From contig NW_027191453.1 of assembly GCF_011745625.1 (NCBI RefSeq), forward strand, positions 558,001-622,000: 64,000 bases of DNA. Reading direction: 5' to 3'. A program made the position numbers and the translations under genes. Below are positions 46,219 through 58,789 of this stretch, piece after piece. Origin of the DNA: Cladosporium halotolerans (taxonomy: Eukaryota). A model generated the notes under the pieces. It did no database searches and was not told where the DNA came from. It worked only from the letters and a program-made list of their open reading frames with translations. Every line of letters starts with the position of its first letter. Position 1 is the first letter of the stretch.

Positions 46219-46944
46219 TTATGACTGTCTCAGCCGCCGATATTGATGCTTGCTCATGTAAAAGGGGCTGTTGCATGGTCCAGTGGTTGTTTTCACCTCG
46301 AAATAGTACTTCGGGCGTGCTGTTTGCCATTCATCGCCGTCGACGTAACCTTTGTCGATGAGCATTGCAGTGAATATACCATCAGTGTCATCGTAGATCA
46401 TGTCCGCCGTCTCTCTCCCGTTACAGTCTTCCAGATCAGAATAGTAAGGGTGCATTCGGACGTATCGGCGGATGGTACTCTGCCAATTCGTGAGAAGTAG
46501 ACTTCGTGCTCTTGTTCACGGAGCAGATAGCTGAAAGGTCTTCCACCGTGAAGCCATCCTCATTGCATTCGACAATTATGCGATCAGGGTAGACGCGAAA
46601 CGAGATAAATGGGTCCGCGCGTGCTGCACGAGTGCGTGTATAACGATTGTCGTCCGCATTCTAGAGGAGCTCAAAAATGAACCTGGCATCACTGCCGTAA
46701 ATGTTGGTTGCAAGGCTTCGAAAGTACAAGTTGGATTGTATCTTCAAGGAAAACCTTGTGGCAGAAATACTTACGCCCCAATTGCTCCCGCTGCGAGCTC
46801 GTCTTTCGTGTGCATCTTTCCCTCGAGGGTGCGACGGAAATTCGGATTCCATTGCTCGATTTTTGCCCACATCTCGTCGTCGATGAAACCGTAAGTCTCG
46901 GCAATAGCGTCCACTGCCTTCTTGGCTTCCCGCTTGCTGCTCAT
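46219..46944 (-). pseudogene. Internally deleted pseudogene of a NO VEIN/sacsin-like GHKL ATPase with a C-terminal DUF3883-like nuclease domain
   Basis: MSSKREAKK... intron 46716-46774 ...ARFIFELL*NADD (TAG at 46661-46663 in place of Q)...VECNEDGFTVEDLSAICSVNKSTK, then an out-of-frame jump near 46489 to NWQSTIRRYV...ETADMIYDD...YYFEVKTTTGPCNSPFYMSKHQY. Confidence 0.82.
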
Positions 46945-48472
46945 ACTGTGTGAAGGTGACACAAGGGTTTTTTCTAGAGAGGAGAACGCTACCTCACATC
47001 CCAAAGGCAGAGAGTCCTCACTATAAGCACAGGCTGTAACCGAGCCATGCAGCCAAGTGGCACCTCACACATCGCTTATCCCTGCTCCGAAACCGACCCC
47101 TCAAAACGTTTGCATGCTGAGCATCTTTACGTCCCGCGGCTGACGAACCACGTTGCCACGTTAGGCGCCTTTATCTTGGCTGTCAAGTCCCCCAAGAACT
47201 TGTGGTGGCATGGGTTACATGCGTGTCTACGTATCACTATCGCATACCACGCGTCAGGAGTGGTGAGGAGCCTCAACCCATACGCAGAATTGGTAGGGTG
47301 GCGCGAAAACGGTATCTGGAATCCAAACATACCTTCATTTACGAAGCGGACCCTACTCGCCGCGCGCAAAAGAGCTCGCGCAAATTCAGTGAAGAGTAAG
47401 ACGTCAAGGAAGAATGGGCTCTATGGCAACGGAAAGGGACAAATGAAGCCGTTCTAGCTGCAGTGTACATGCGCAAATCCCTTGTTTCCAGCTTGATCAG
47501 GCCACATGTACTTAGCGAGGCTAGGTCCTTCGCGCATGTCAATTTGCAACCGGGAAGCCGCAAGTGTCGGGAAACCTCGGAAGGATGCCGTTCGAAGCCC
47601 TAAGTTATGTTTGCGATCGATAATTGATATTGGCGAGGGACGCTCTTTGCCGACATTAGTAAGGGTCATATGTTGCCTTGTCGCTATTGTATGGAAGGGA
47701 TTGGGTTGTGAGCAGATTGATCGTAGGTACTATAGCACATATCGTAGGTAGTCGAATTCGCGTAGTCGCCTGCTGTTCGTTTCAAAGTAGAAAGGACTAG
47801 CGAGGAGGTGAAGCGATTTGTATATCGATTCAGCCTCTCCGCGTCCCCGGCATGGTAGTTTAGGCTTATAACCGAGTGCGAGTAGAATGCGGCTGGCGGG
47901 ACCTGGGGTCGACCGGACAGTTCTGACACGGCCTCGAGCTGAACGTCGGCTTTCGTAGGGAGAGAGGGCGAAGCCTAGTTTGATTGGCTCAGGGATTAAA
48001 GCTAAGCGATTAGAGGCTAGCTTCGGTCAAGCCCGCCTAGTGCCCGTAATACCCGTCGGGCCCCGCGCCAAATTCCTTGGCAGCCGCATCCTACTTGCAC
48101 CTCATCATTGTATTAACATATTTTCCAGGATTCTGGACCCTGGATTCCTGTAAGCGAATGTCAGTCGGTACTTCATTTTCGCTCCTGGCAATTTATTTAG
48201 GCGCCATTCTTCGGACGGGATGCTCAGTTTTCACTGATCTGTGGCGGGATGTGCTCCCTGGTCTCGTACATATCTGGCAGTCGCGTGTCGTGCATCAGCC
48301 GCTCTCCGTGCGAGTTATCTACAGACTCACCGCGGGTATCCTCGTAGGAGTTCCTATTAGGCGAATAACGTTTTAGCGGGGTAAAGGGTTGGCGGATCAA
48401 GGGTGCAGGATGACATTTATCCCGAACAGGCCGGAGCTGCTTGGCCGATGCCAATGTCCAAAAGCCTGGACG

Positions 48473-50247
48473 ATGCCTCTCTTGCGATTCACGAAATCTG
48501 TTATTACAACTTCAAGGCAGCCTAATTTGGTTCGAGGCTTTGCGATGCGACACCGCGCAAGTCCATTTACTCCGCGTATATTTCATGATTCGCCACTCAG
48601 GGGAAACTTCGTCTGACAAGGCATAGCATTCGACCCTTACTCTTACTCGCGCGGACGTTGGTTAGATCGAAACGAACAACGGCAGAAGGCCAGAAGACTT
48701 GATTTCAATTTCGAGGCTTTACTCGATGTGGCAGTAAAGTGCAGTGATGGTGCTCGCGAGGTTGTGGCTTGCGAGAAAAGAGAAGGCGGGTTCAATCGTG
48801 TCTTCATTATCGAATTGAACAACGGAGCAAAGGTTGTTGCAAAGGTACCCATGCAATTCGCTGGCCCCACTGCTTTGATGACCATGTCAGAAGTAGCAAC
48901 CTTGAGATATGGTATCTGGCCTCCCAACAGCTTGAGATTCGAGACCATAAGCTGACATGCTGCAAAAATAGTGAAAGACAAGACACATGTGCCTGTCCCA
49001 CGGGTTCTCGCTTGGAGCTCCGAACCTGGGATCGGATCAGTAGGAGTCGAATACATCGTCATGGAACACGTGTCCGGCGTCGCTCTGAAAGACATCTGGG
49101 GCGGAATGACCGAGCTTCAGCATATTGAACTTATCGAGTCTGTGGCAGGATTGGTGAAAGAGCTATGCGCTCACGACTTTGGCGCTTTTGGCTCACTATA
49201 TCTCAACACAGCGGGAAAGCCCACAGGGACGCTCTCCATCGATGAAGAGTACTGCATTGGTCCACACTGCGGCCGGCAGTTTTGGGGTCAGAACAGTGAC
49301 CAAATAATCCAAGACACCATTCCTTTGTGTTCGCAAGGTCCATGTACGTTTGTATCCAATTTCGCTTTTGATTTGTCAGCTTACATTCCTCAGGGCAAAG
49401 CTTGTCTGCTTCTTTCGCAGCTCTCAGTCGCATCAGCAAAGTGACTATAGACAAACGTGGGTCTCCAGGCAGCATAGTTGAGAATCACATGCGGCTTCTG
49501 GAATCGAGCAGGAAGATCTTAGAGGTGGTTGGAGACTCCGCAGCCCTACGGGAATACTGCAGCCCTCTATTGCTTCACCCCGACTTACATGCACGCAATA
49601 TCTTTGTCGACCCAAACAATCCAACAAAAATATTGGGTGTAATTGACTGGCAGTCTGCTGCCATTGAGCCTGCTTTTGTTCATGCTGCAGAAACACCGGA
49701 CTTCGCGGAAGAGCCATTGCTAGACAGAACACTAGACGCGGACGTTCTCCACGGTTCCCATGAGCTACAAGAGCATGCTCGGCGCTGCAAGAAAACCTGG
49801 ACCATTATGATTTCCCTGTGTCCGAAGCTGGGCAAAGCCACGACCCTGAATACTACTCTCTGCCGCTATCTCGCCAATATCAGTTTGGGATGTTCTAACG
49901 AGCCGATCTTACTACGTTCGTTGCTGACAGATGTGAGTAACGAATGGAGCGATCTTGAGCTTCCAGGGACTTGTGCCTATCAACCGAGTCAAGAAGAAGT
50001 GAAGTTACTAAGTGTGGAGCTAGACCATTCAGAATCCACGCAGAGACTGCAGGCGTTTCTCTCGAGACTGCTAGGCTGTGAAACAGATGGCTGGGTCGAG
50101 GAAGGGAGATGGGATGACGTCTTCCCAATTTATAGAGAGCAGTACGCTGAATTCGTGAATGCATGCATCGAAAGTCGGGAGCAGGACGAGACAGTGCAAG
50201 ATGCAGAGGAAAAGGCGAATAAGCTGTGGCCTTTCGATCTGAGATGA
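48473..50247 (+). CDS. Aminoglycoside-phosphotransferase-like kinase (Aim9-like fungal family)
   Basis: YSRGRWL, EGGFNRVF, SEVATLRY, VPVPRVLAW, EYIVME, HPDLHARNIFV and IDWQ. Proposed introns 48576-48626, 48912-48971 and about 49344-49393 restore one frame; basic N-terminus may be a mitochondrial presequence. Confidence 0.87.
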
Positions 50248-50298
50248 AGAGCCCCCATTGACCCATCTTACAAGCGGATCAGGTCATACATGATATAC

Positions 50299-50625
50299 TT
50301 AGTGAAACGGATTATCCGGTGCGGCGACCAATACGGACAGCTCTACTGCTTGCGTTGGCAAAGTAAGGCTGTCCAGAATACCTGCCAATACACTGTCGCT
50401 AAGGAGATGACTATGGCAGCGCGGAATAGAAGGACGAACGCGCTGCCGATGGCGATGTTTACTTGTTGGCTGAAAAGACGATTGTACATGTCCACTGCCT
50501 GATTGTTCAGGTGCATGTAAAAATCCGTGGCGTCCGATTGCAAATGCTAGCGCCGCGAAAAATGCCGCGAGAACGATAGTTGGTGACCTCCAATGAATTT
50601 GTCGAAATGATGGTGGTGAGGCCAT
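50299..50625 (-). pseudogene. Frameshifted, truncated relic of a fungal multi-TM protein (family often annotated 'formylmethionine deformylase-like')
   Basis: IHWRSPTIVLAAFFAALAFAIGRHGF continues, after removing one base in the A5 run at 50519-50523, as YMHLNNQAV...QQVNIAIGSAFVLLFRAAIVISLATVYWQVFW. It ends shortly after, next to the kinase 3' end. Confidence 0.65.
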
Positions 50626-50753
50626 GGCTTTGTCAAGTTCGAAGGCAAACGGAGATGCAGTTATGATGATGGCCGAAATTCAGTCGAAAGAGGGTATGAT
50701 TAGGAAAACATGGCTACCTGCAAATCGCGGTTCTTCTTGCCAATATAGATGTG

Positions 50754-50970
50754 CTGAGCCTCAGCTGCCATGATTTAGCAATGCAATATAGCGTCGCGCA
50801 GGGAAGGCAGCTTTTCGACCTAGAGGCTGAGCCTTGTAAGACTCCGCACAACTCAGCCGCGCTGTAGGTGGAGAAGACGTTGTGCAGAGGAAGCAGCTAT
50901 TCGAAGCAAGAGGCTGTGTGATGCATTAGGTACTCCACGCACCTCAGCCGCACTGTAGATGGGAGTACGT
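50754..50970. repeat. Imperfect direct repeat with embedded GCTGAG/CTCAGC inverted motifs
   Basis: CTCAGCCGCGCTGTAGGTGGAGAAGACGT (about 50852) versus CTCAGCCGCACTGTAGATGGGAGTACGT (about 50943); palindrome GCTGAG-C-CTCAGC near 50754. Confidence 0.5.
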
Positions 50971-52651
50971 CAATATCGCGTGGCCCTAGCAAGTAGATCA
51001 CCAAACTCATATCAGTCGGTGTGTGAGAGGATTGTTCGAAACCAACATCTCAGACAAAATGAGCCTATGTAGGTGACAAGGTCGAGAATGCGTGGCTAAC
51101 AGGTCTTTCATCTTCTTATCCTGCCCCGTGCAAAATGGGTGGAGTACTGTGTAGCAAAGCGTCGAGAGGCTGTGTCAACGTTTCAGGCAGCGATGCAGGA
51201 CGGAAGCGTTCAGCCAGAGGCAGCCAGAGGCAGTCTGCAGGCCGGGAGAGGCCGACGGCAACGGCCATATACATCGAGGAGAAGAGCATGCGCCATCGCC
51301 ACCGGTTTGGACGACAGTTGGTAGACGTGAGATAGCGGAAGAGCTCGGTCAACAACGAAAGTAGACAATTGTCTTTGCTTGTCCTGTTTAGAAAGAGAGG
51401 GTGAGACGGAGAGCGGTACATCTCCGCTCCCTTGAGATCGCGACTTCAGATTGGTACTGTATTGGGTGCCTGAGGCATGACAGTATGGCTAGCTTTTTTG
51501 CACGGCACGCAACATGCAATGCGCCAGTCTCTATCCTTCGACGCGCATTGACCGATGCAGTAAACCACAGACAAGGCCTTGTAGCCTGTGCTCGTATGGG
51601 CTTTGGACGACAGTTTTGAACATACGTTAAGGTAGTATTCGCCTTTCACAAGATCGCATCTCATAGGCTTCATCTCGATCTTCAGCCTACTGGGTTGTTC
51701 CCTGCTTGCGCGGCTTGCAAGCAGATCCACGCATCCACGCACCCACATCGCGAAGACGCTCATCATTTCTGGGGTCATGGAGTACTTTCGCAGAGCAGCA
51801 TCATCTGGTGGAGCAGGCTCCGATCTCCTGATTCTCAGAAGCCCCCCCCCCTCGAGATATCTTTTAATATCAATGCCTGCAACCCCCGACCACACCCGTC
51901 ATCTCGCTCCAAGCGAAGGATTCAAGCCCAAGGCCCAGAGCCGTTGGCGATGGTCCCCGACAGCCCGGCAATCGCCCGTATCGCACGCGCGCCCTGGAGA
52001 CTTCCGCCCAGCTCGCTTGGAGCCTCGGAGGCCTACGCACACACGTGGGTGACGGGCTGCCGCCCGGCCGGGACGACGTTGAAATCACACGCGGCCGTCG
52101 AAAGCGAATTACCCACCTGCGAACTGCGACGCCCGAGGCGAGGCGCTTCCTGCTGCCCGCGCCACTGCTGGGCCTCGGTTAGAGCGATGTGCGCGTCTCT
52201 GCTTGCTTATAGTAGACGGATGTGATATATCGCGTGGCGTGACGAGAGCGTGACGGACGGCGGCGAAATTGCATGCCTCGCTCGCTGCGCAGCTCCGTTT
52301 GGACCGCCCGCGAGGGCGAAGGAGCAAGCTAAGGGGTAGCTTCCACCGGGCGCAGGGCGTTTCGGCACTGCAGACGGGTGATGCCAGCTGGAACGGCGAT
52401 GATTGCCCAGATGCGCCAGCGATCATGCGCTCCACGTGTGCTCTGGCAGCACTCTGCTGCCAGAGAGATGCCCGACATCGCCGGCTGCGTGGGCGCCTTG
52501 CAGGCCTTGCAGGGCGGCGCGAAATCACGTACATTGGGCATGCGTTAGCGAGGCGGCCATGCACCGGTCCGCAGTGTGTCGCGCGCGAGAGCGCGCGTGC
52601 CTGCATCGCTTGCCGCATGCAGCTGCTGCGTGCCCTGATACACGCCTGTCT

Positions 52652-52687
52652 GTCCGCCCAGGTATGCCCGTCCGCCCAGGTATGCCT
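52652..52687 (+). repeat. 18-bp tandem duplication
   Basis: GTCCGCCCAGGTATGCCC followed by GTCCGCCCAGGTATGCCT. Confidence 0.8.
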
Positions 52688-54066
52688 GTACCTGTAGCTG
52701 CGCCTGAAGTTATCACACCCGCAGCAGCACTCGCGGCGGCGTGCAGTTGCAGAGGGCGATGGCGCGTCTGCAGCTGGCGCGGAAGGCTCCCCGTCCGCGA
52801 GCTTTTCTTCATGTCTCGAGCGTCGGGCATTTGCACCCATCGGCCAGTGCCCGCGTGGTGGGCTGGCGTCTAGCGGCGCGGAGGAGGCGGCCCAGCCCAG
52901 GCCAACCTTACCATGCGCCGGAAGCTTAACCCCTGGCTGGTATGATATTACCGCCGCCGTGGGCCGGGGAGCGCGAACCTACGCAGCCACCTGGGCACAC
53001 GCCGCGCGCGCAGGCCACCGCGGCGCTGCACTGCTGCTGCACTGCTGCTGCACCGTGGTGCGCGGCGGCCGCCAGCTCGTCGAGCGCATGCCGCCACGAG
53101 TTTCGTCGCTTCGGCTGGCGCTGCAAACACGCCCTGCAACCCGCCCTGCGCGCGTCTGGATGTGATGCGCCCGCCCTGAAACGACGGGCCTCAGCCTCGG
53201 CCGGGGTGCCTGGGGCCAGCCGCCGCCGCAATCACTCGCGAGCTGATTACAGGAGTGCGCGACACCGCCTGGCGGGAATCACACATGATCGACGGACGGC
53301 GTCAGAGTCCCATGCAGCCTGCTCGCACGCACGGACAGAGCCCGTCCAACGCCTAGCACGGCGGCACTTGAGAGATGGACGCCGCATTTCTTCTCGCGCC
53401 GCGCTCTGTCGGACACTACTGTAGCACTACTTCCTGCGTGTCTGCGTGCGTCCTCCCTCCTGCGCACGCCTCGTCGCACAGCTCCGCTCGACGATACAGA
53501 CACTGACTCCAGCAACCGCAAAAGGGGTCGCGGGGTAAGTACCACCGTCCCAGCTCCCAGACAAGGATCCCCTCGTCCACGGCCGCCAGATTACCGCCGC
53601 TGCAGTGGGTTTCAGCACCGGCTCTCGGATGGCTTGTCAACGGCGACACCCTTCCGAGTCGTGGCCTGTGAGCGAGCGCACCGGCATGTCACTGACAACA
53701 TGACAGCGTGTATAGAGCACATACTGCTCAGTCGCTGCCACACCATTCCAGCTGGTGTCGAGGGCAGCAGCCTGGATCGCCTTGTAGCACAACCCATGCG
53801 TACTGCATTTCGGTAGCTATTGTGTACGGTAGAACCGGCGCAATGGTGAATTGATTTCCTTCTTTCCTTTCGTAGGTCAGTATATCCGCCACCAATACGG
53901 CACAGCAGCCTTGGTGCACTGCAGAATGCGAAGCTCACTGCGGACAGCATGCGATATCCTCTGTGCATATTTCGATACCCTGGCCGGCGAGCCTGTACAC
54001 AGAGACTGGATCCGGCTGTATCTGGATGTCGACTTGGAGTCCTTACTGACCGCGGACACTAATACA

Positions 54067-57000
54067 ATGGCGGACTATTTCAGCGAGTATTCTTCCTTCG
54101 TGGGCGCCAAAGGCCTGCCGTCTCCCGCGGACACGCCTTACGACACCCCGGGCTTCCTGCGTTCGAAGCGATCTTCCAGGGCCACCACCGCCGGCTCGAC
54201 TCGCTCTCGCGAGCAATCGGCTTCCCCTCCGCCTCTTCCCCCGGATGCTGTCGATTATGCCGACAAGAACAGAGATGGGCGGTACACCGCGCTGGACCCG
54301 AGGCGGTTCACGCCAACCCTCCATGCTTCGCTAGTATCGGAGATTCTTTCCTTGCGAAGGGAGCTGGACTCGAAGAACCATCTGGTCGAGAATCTGGAGA
54401 CCAGCCTAGCGAGCGCGAAGAACGACAATGAGACTCTCTCCGCGGAGCTCACGACGAGCGCGAAGGAGGTGCGCACCGCGAAGCAGCAGGTCGCGCAGAT
54501 GGAGTCTGGGACGTACGAGGCGCTGGAGGCTTTGGTCAAAGAGAGGGACAACGCCAACGCGTCTCTGCAGGAGATGAAGGCCCGGCTGGAGGCGACGCAG
54601 AAGAAGACCAGGGGCCACGACGAGGAGGCGGAACGCACACAGACGATCTGGGAGCGCGAGAAGGAGCAGTGGGAGAACGAGCGCCGGCAGCTGGAGCGGC
54701 GCGTGCACGTCACGGAGACGCGCCTGCGCGCGTTCGTCGACGAGGTGGCTGCCCAGCAGGCTGCGAGCGAGGCTGCGCCGGTGGAGCAGGAGTCGATTGG
54801 GGACAATGAGACGATCAGGGACAGCGGCATTGGCAACGACAGTGAGACTACGAGCCTGGCTTCGCCTCGCAAACGTCACACACGAAACGTTAGCAGTCTG
54901 AGCTTTAAGAACGGCTTCAGAAACTCCGTGTTCTCAAGGGCAGTGGATTCTCCTGAGCCGTCCGCAAAGGCTCCCGGGCACAGTCTTGCAGACGAGCTCG
55001 GTATTGACGAGGAAGATGAAGAGAACCTGGACGAATCCGATCATGAGGACGATGAGGACGATGAGCTGGACTATCACGAGCGCCCGAAGCACCTGCAGTC
55101 GCGTCAAGGATCCATGATCGACATGGATTCCAAGGCCAAACGCATCTTGGGTCTTTCCGACGATCTGCCCGTGTCTCCTGCAATGCGCGACTTTCCTAAA
55201 GATGTCAGCGATGAGACGCCCGTATCACCCGGTCTCAGGCCTGTCTCTCCTCAACGCTCCAGCAGCCCCCAAAATCACGCAACAGCAATTTCTAAGAAGA
55301 TCGAGTACGTGGACACTGGGTACCAGCCATCGCCGCCTTCCTCGCCAGCGCACGGCAAGCGTCAGCTTGAACCTCTCCAGGTCCCACAGCAGCCCAGAGG
55401 CACTCCAACATTCCTCATCGACTCTGGAGAACCTGATGACACACATGTCCCAGTACGACGTCCGATATCTGTTCCCGCGAAGCTTGCCTCTTCACCAATC
55501 AGCCCGCCGGAAACTCCTGTTGTCGACGGAGTCACCTGGCCTGAGGGCAAGAAAACGCCTGCGATCTCTCCAGTTTACTCCAGCGCTTCCACCCAGACAG
55601 ATGACGCCGGACCATCACTCACAAAGAGCGACGCTCCGAAACGAGACAGCCTACAGGTTCCCGTGGCCGTACCACAGATCGCCATCCACCCGCCTACCTC
55701 TCGCCCGTCCTCGCCGAGAACATACGCCTTGCCGCCCAACACCAAAAATGCCGGCTCTCAAACCAATCTCCGTTGGCCTGGAAAGGATGCGTCTGTGCAG
55801 ACCGAAGAAATTCGCATCGATCAGCGTCCTATCAAGCTCCCGCCGCATTTGCTTCCTTCGCACCTCGACGAACTGCCCGAGGCGTCGGTGGCACGGAAGC
55901 CCGCAGCTGAACCTGCCGTGGCACCCAAAAAGCCAGCGAAACGAGAAGCCCCTCGCCGGCAACACATCTCCACGAATCTTCCTATGTTATCATCGTTCCC
56001 TTCGCCCCCAATGCGATCCCCCACAGAAGTATCTAGCCCCGCCCACTCTCGTGATGGCAGCACTGGAGGTCTCGGCAAGATGCCGCTCAAGGCCATTCCG
56101 CTGCCCAAGCCCACCCTTGCGCCTGCCATTTCGATGGACGAGGTTGCTGCTGAATCGTCGAAAGGGCCCCTCAACCGCTCCTCACAATTCGGTGTCAGCC
56201 AGCAGAGCCAGGCGAACAGGCAGCTGGCTGAGATCGATGATGTCTCGGACATCAGTTCTTCGGACGACAGCGAGGCGGACGACCAGGCTGGCTCTATGCC
56301 CGTATTGAACGCAGCAGGGCGACTCGAAGGGCCAGATCCTTTGGCATTCATACCGCATGACTTCGCCAACTCTCCCCAACGAAGACCGGCCACTGCGGAC
56401 TCATACGATGCGGCGCCCGCACCTTCAATTGCGAGCAGCAGAAACAACTCGCAACGAGGAGTAGGTGGTAAGCGGCCACCTCCTTCGCGGTCGAGCGCTT
56501 ACCTGCAGACGCGTGCGCGCAGCCCAAGCTTCACCAGCGTGGCCTCCAGCAACGTCAGCACGCAGTCTGCGTTGCCGCCGTACGCGATCCCGACAAGGTC
56601 AAGCTCACGCTTCTCCAAGTCGTACTTCCACGGCGAAGACGCCCAGAGTCCGACGCCCGGCACTGCCGCCTCGCGAGGCAAAAGGGCCGCGCGCGGCAAT
56701 CACCAGCGACAGGGCAGCCTGCGCAAAGTCCAGTCGGCGGCATCAATGAGGGGCAGAGCCAACAAGATGTCACCGCAGAAGCCACGGCGCCGAAGGCGCT
56801 CGCCGGCCCTGACGCCCGTGCAATCGATGGCGTTCGAGAGCCCGGCGCCCACCAACTTCCCCATCCCCGAACTGCCCACGCCCCTCCAGCAGTCCCTTGC
56901 GTTCGACTGGGGCAAGCGCCCTTCGTCGCCGAGCAAACGCCCTGATACCGCCGCTAGCTCGGCGCCGCCGAACGAGGAGTCGCAGCTTGTGGATTCGATC

Positions 57001-58255
57001 GCGGGCACTATGGTTGGCGAGTGGATGTGGAAGTACATGCGCAAGCGGAAGTCGTTTGGCGCGGAAGCGGCTGAGACTTTCTCTGCTAGAAATGGTGAGG
57101 AGAGTAACGTTGGCTTTACTAGTCATGGTACGAGGCATAAGCGGTGGGTGTGGTTGTCGCCTTATGAGCGTACTATCATGTGGGATAGCAAGCAGCCGAG
57201 TTCTGCTAGTGCGTTGCAAGGGAAGAAGGGACGCAAGCGTGAGTCTGAATCCTTCTGATTGATCTGACGCGTCGTACTGACAATCCTTAGTGACCATACA
57301 GTCTGTCCTTGATGTCGCGGACGAGACGCCGCTGCCCAGGAAGCCCGAGCTTTCGACAGCCTTCCACCGATCGATCTTGATCCTCACGCCTTCTCGTGCA
57401 TTGAAGTTCACTGCTATCAACGCTGAACGCCACGCACTCTGGATGTCTGCGTTGTCATTCCTTTCCGAGACCGACCAAGTACAACTTCCTCAGCTCCCGC
57501 TCGTACCACCAATCCCCGACCAGTACCAAAACCAGCCCCAACTCCAACGGCAGCTCTCACCCTCCTTCGGCCGCGGCCATGTCCGCGACTCCCTCCGTCT
57601 CGCCAAAGGCCGCCAGCAGCCCAACATCCTCCGCAGCGTCTCCGCGCAAAACACCAGCGCCGCCGACATCGCGGACATCCCCACGCGCCGCGAGCCCCCG
57701 CCCGCGCCCGAAGACGACGACGACGGCGCCGACTTCCCCTGCATCCCGCGCCTCTACAGCAACACCAACAAACACCAGCGCCAGCGCAGCAACACCTCAT
57801 CCTCCCCAGCCTTCCCGCCCCCCTTCTCCGGCCTGCGCTCCTTCTCCTCAACCGCCATCCCTTCCACCGCCTCCTCCAACACTCGCTCCAACCCCGGCCC
57901 CTCTTCAAGCACTAAAGGCCCCGCAGCCGAATCCTCTTCGCACAGTGGCTCCCGCCGACCCTCCGAGCACAGCTCCGCCGCCGCCGCTGGGGGCAATTTC
58001 GACCACTTCAACTTCTTCGACGCCATGCCGACCGTGCGCATGCAGGCCTTCGTCGACCCGGCGCTCAAGAACGGCGTCCTGTACGTCCCGCCCCCGATGC
58101 CTGCTGGGCCACCGCCGGGGGTTCCACTCGCGATGGCTGCTTCGCCACGCAGGAGGGCGAGGGGAGGGAGTAATCTGAGCTCGTCGAGCGCGGATAAGAG
58201 GCGCGCGGGGTATGTTTTTGATGAGGACGGGGTGGATCCTTTCAAGGGGTTCTAG
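54067..58255 (+). CDS. Num1/ApsA/Mcp5-type cortical protein: N-terminal coiled coil, long S/P-rich region, C-terminal PH domain
   Basis: LDPRRFTPTLHASLVSEILSLRRE; PH domain TMVGEWMWKY...RHKRWVWLSPYER...SILILTPSRALKFTA...HALWMSALSFL. Intron 57239-57290; start codon uncertain (54067 preferred). Confidence 0.88.
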
Positions 58256-58789
58256 GTTGGGGTGTTGTTATGATGGACGACGAAAGCGTGTCTTGCTATT
58301 AACTTTTTCTTTTTGTCCATATCTATATCTTTTCCTTTTGTGTGACTGAGGAGACGACTGCGAGCGATCGAACGATGCATGGGATCGCGAGGCGCGTCTA
58401 CGAAAAGAACTTAATACCTTTCTCTTGTAGAATCTTCATATGTAAAGGCTTTGGGATACCTAGAGGTATGGAGGAAATTTAATGATTCTCTGGACAATTC
58501 CTCACATCGTACCAGTTCCTCAGGTGGCCGTCTGGGCGAGCGGTGGCGACTACCTTTTTAGTAAACAGACAAAGCATCTCACTGGTAAGCACGACTTTCA
58601 ACGCAGTTGCCACGAACCTTATCTTTGATAATGGACACAGCATCGACAACAAATTCTCGAGCATCCGTAACTTCCTCACATACTCAACTCGGCCTACCGT
58701 TCATTCTCGGCGTCGGCTAGCCCACCATCGTGATTTCACGTCTCCTCACGCCAACCTGAGCTCCTCCATATCAAGCACACCGTATCAGT

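Noticed and set aside
46661..46663. TAG in the ATPase relic as another editing site
   Set aside because: It replaces Gln, so A-to-I editing would give Trp rather than Gln, and the gene is deleted and frameshifted anyway.
47127..47669. Two same-frame minus-strand ORFs separated by two TAG codons
   Set aside because: No identifiable domain or codon bias; a possible relic but unsupported.
48614..48616. In-frame TGA near the kinase 5' end suggesting a pseudogene
   Set aside because: It falls in the CTGAC branch site of a plausible 51-nt intron (48576-48626) that restores the frame.
51116..51895. Minus-strand ORFs of 149 and 101 aa
   Set aside because: Protein-like in places, but no motif or gene structure I can support.
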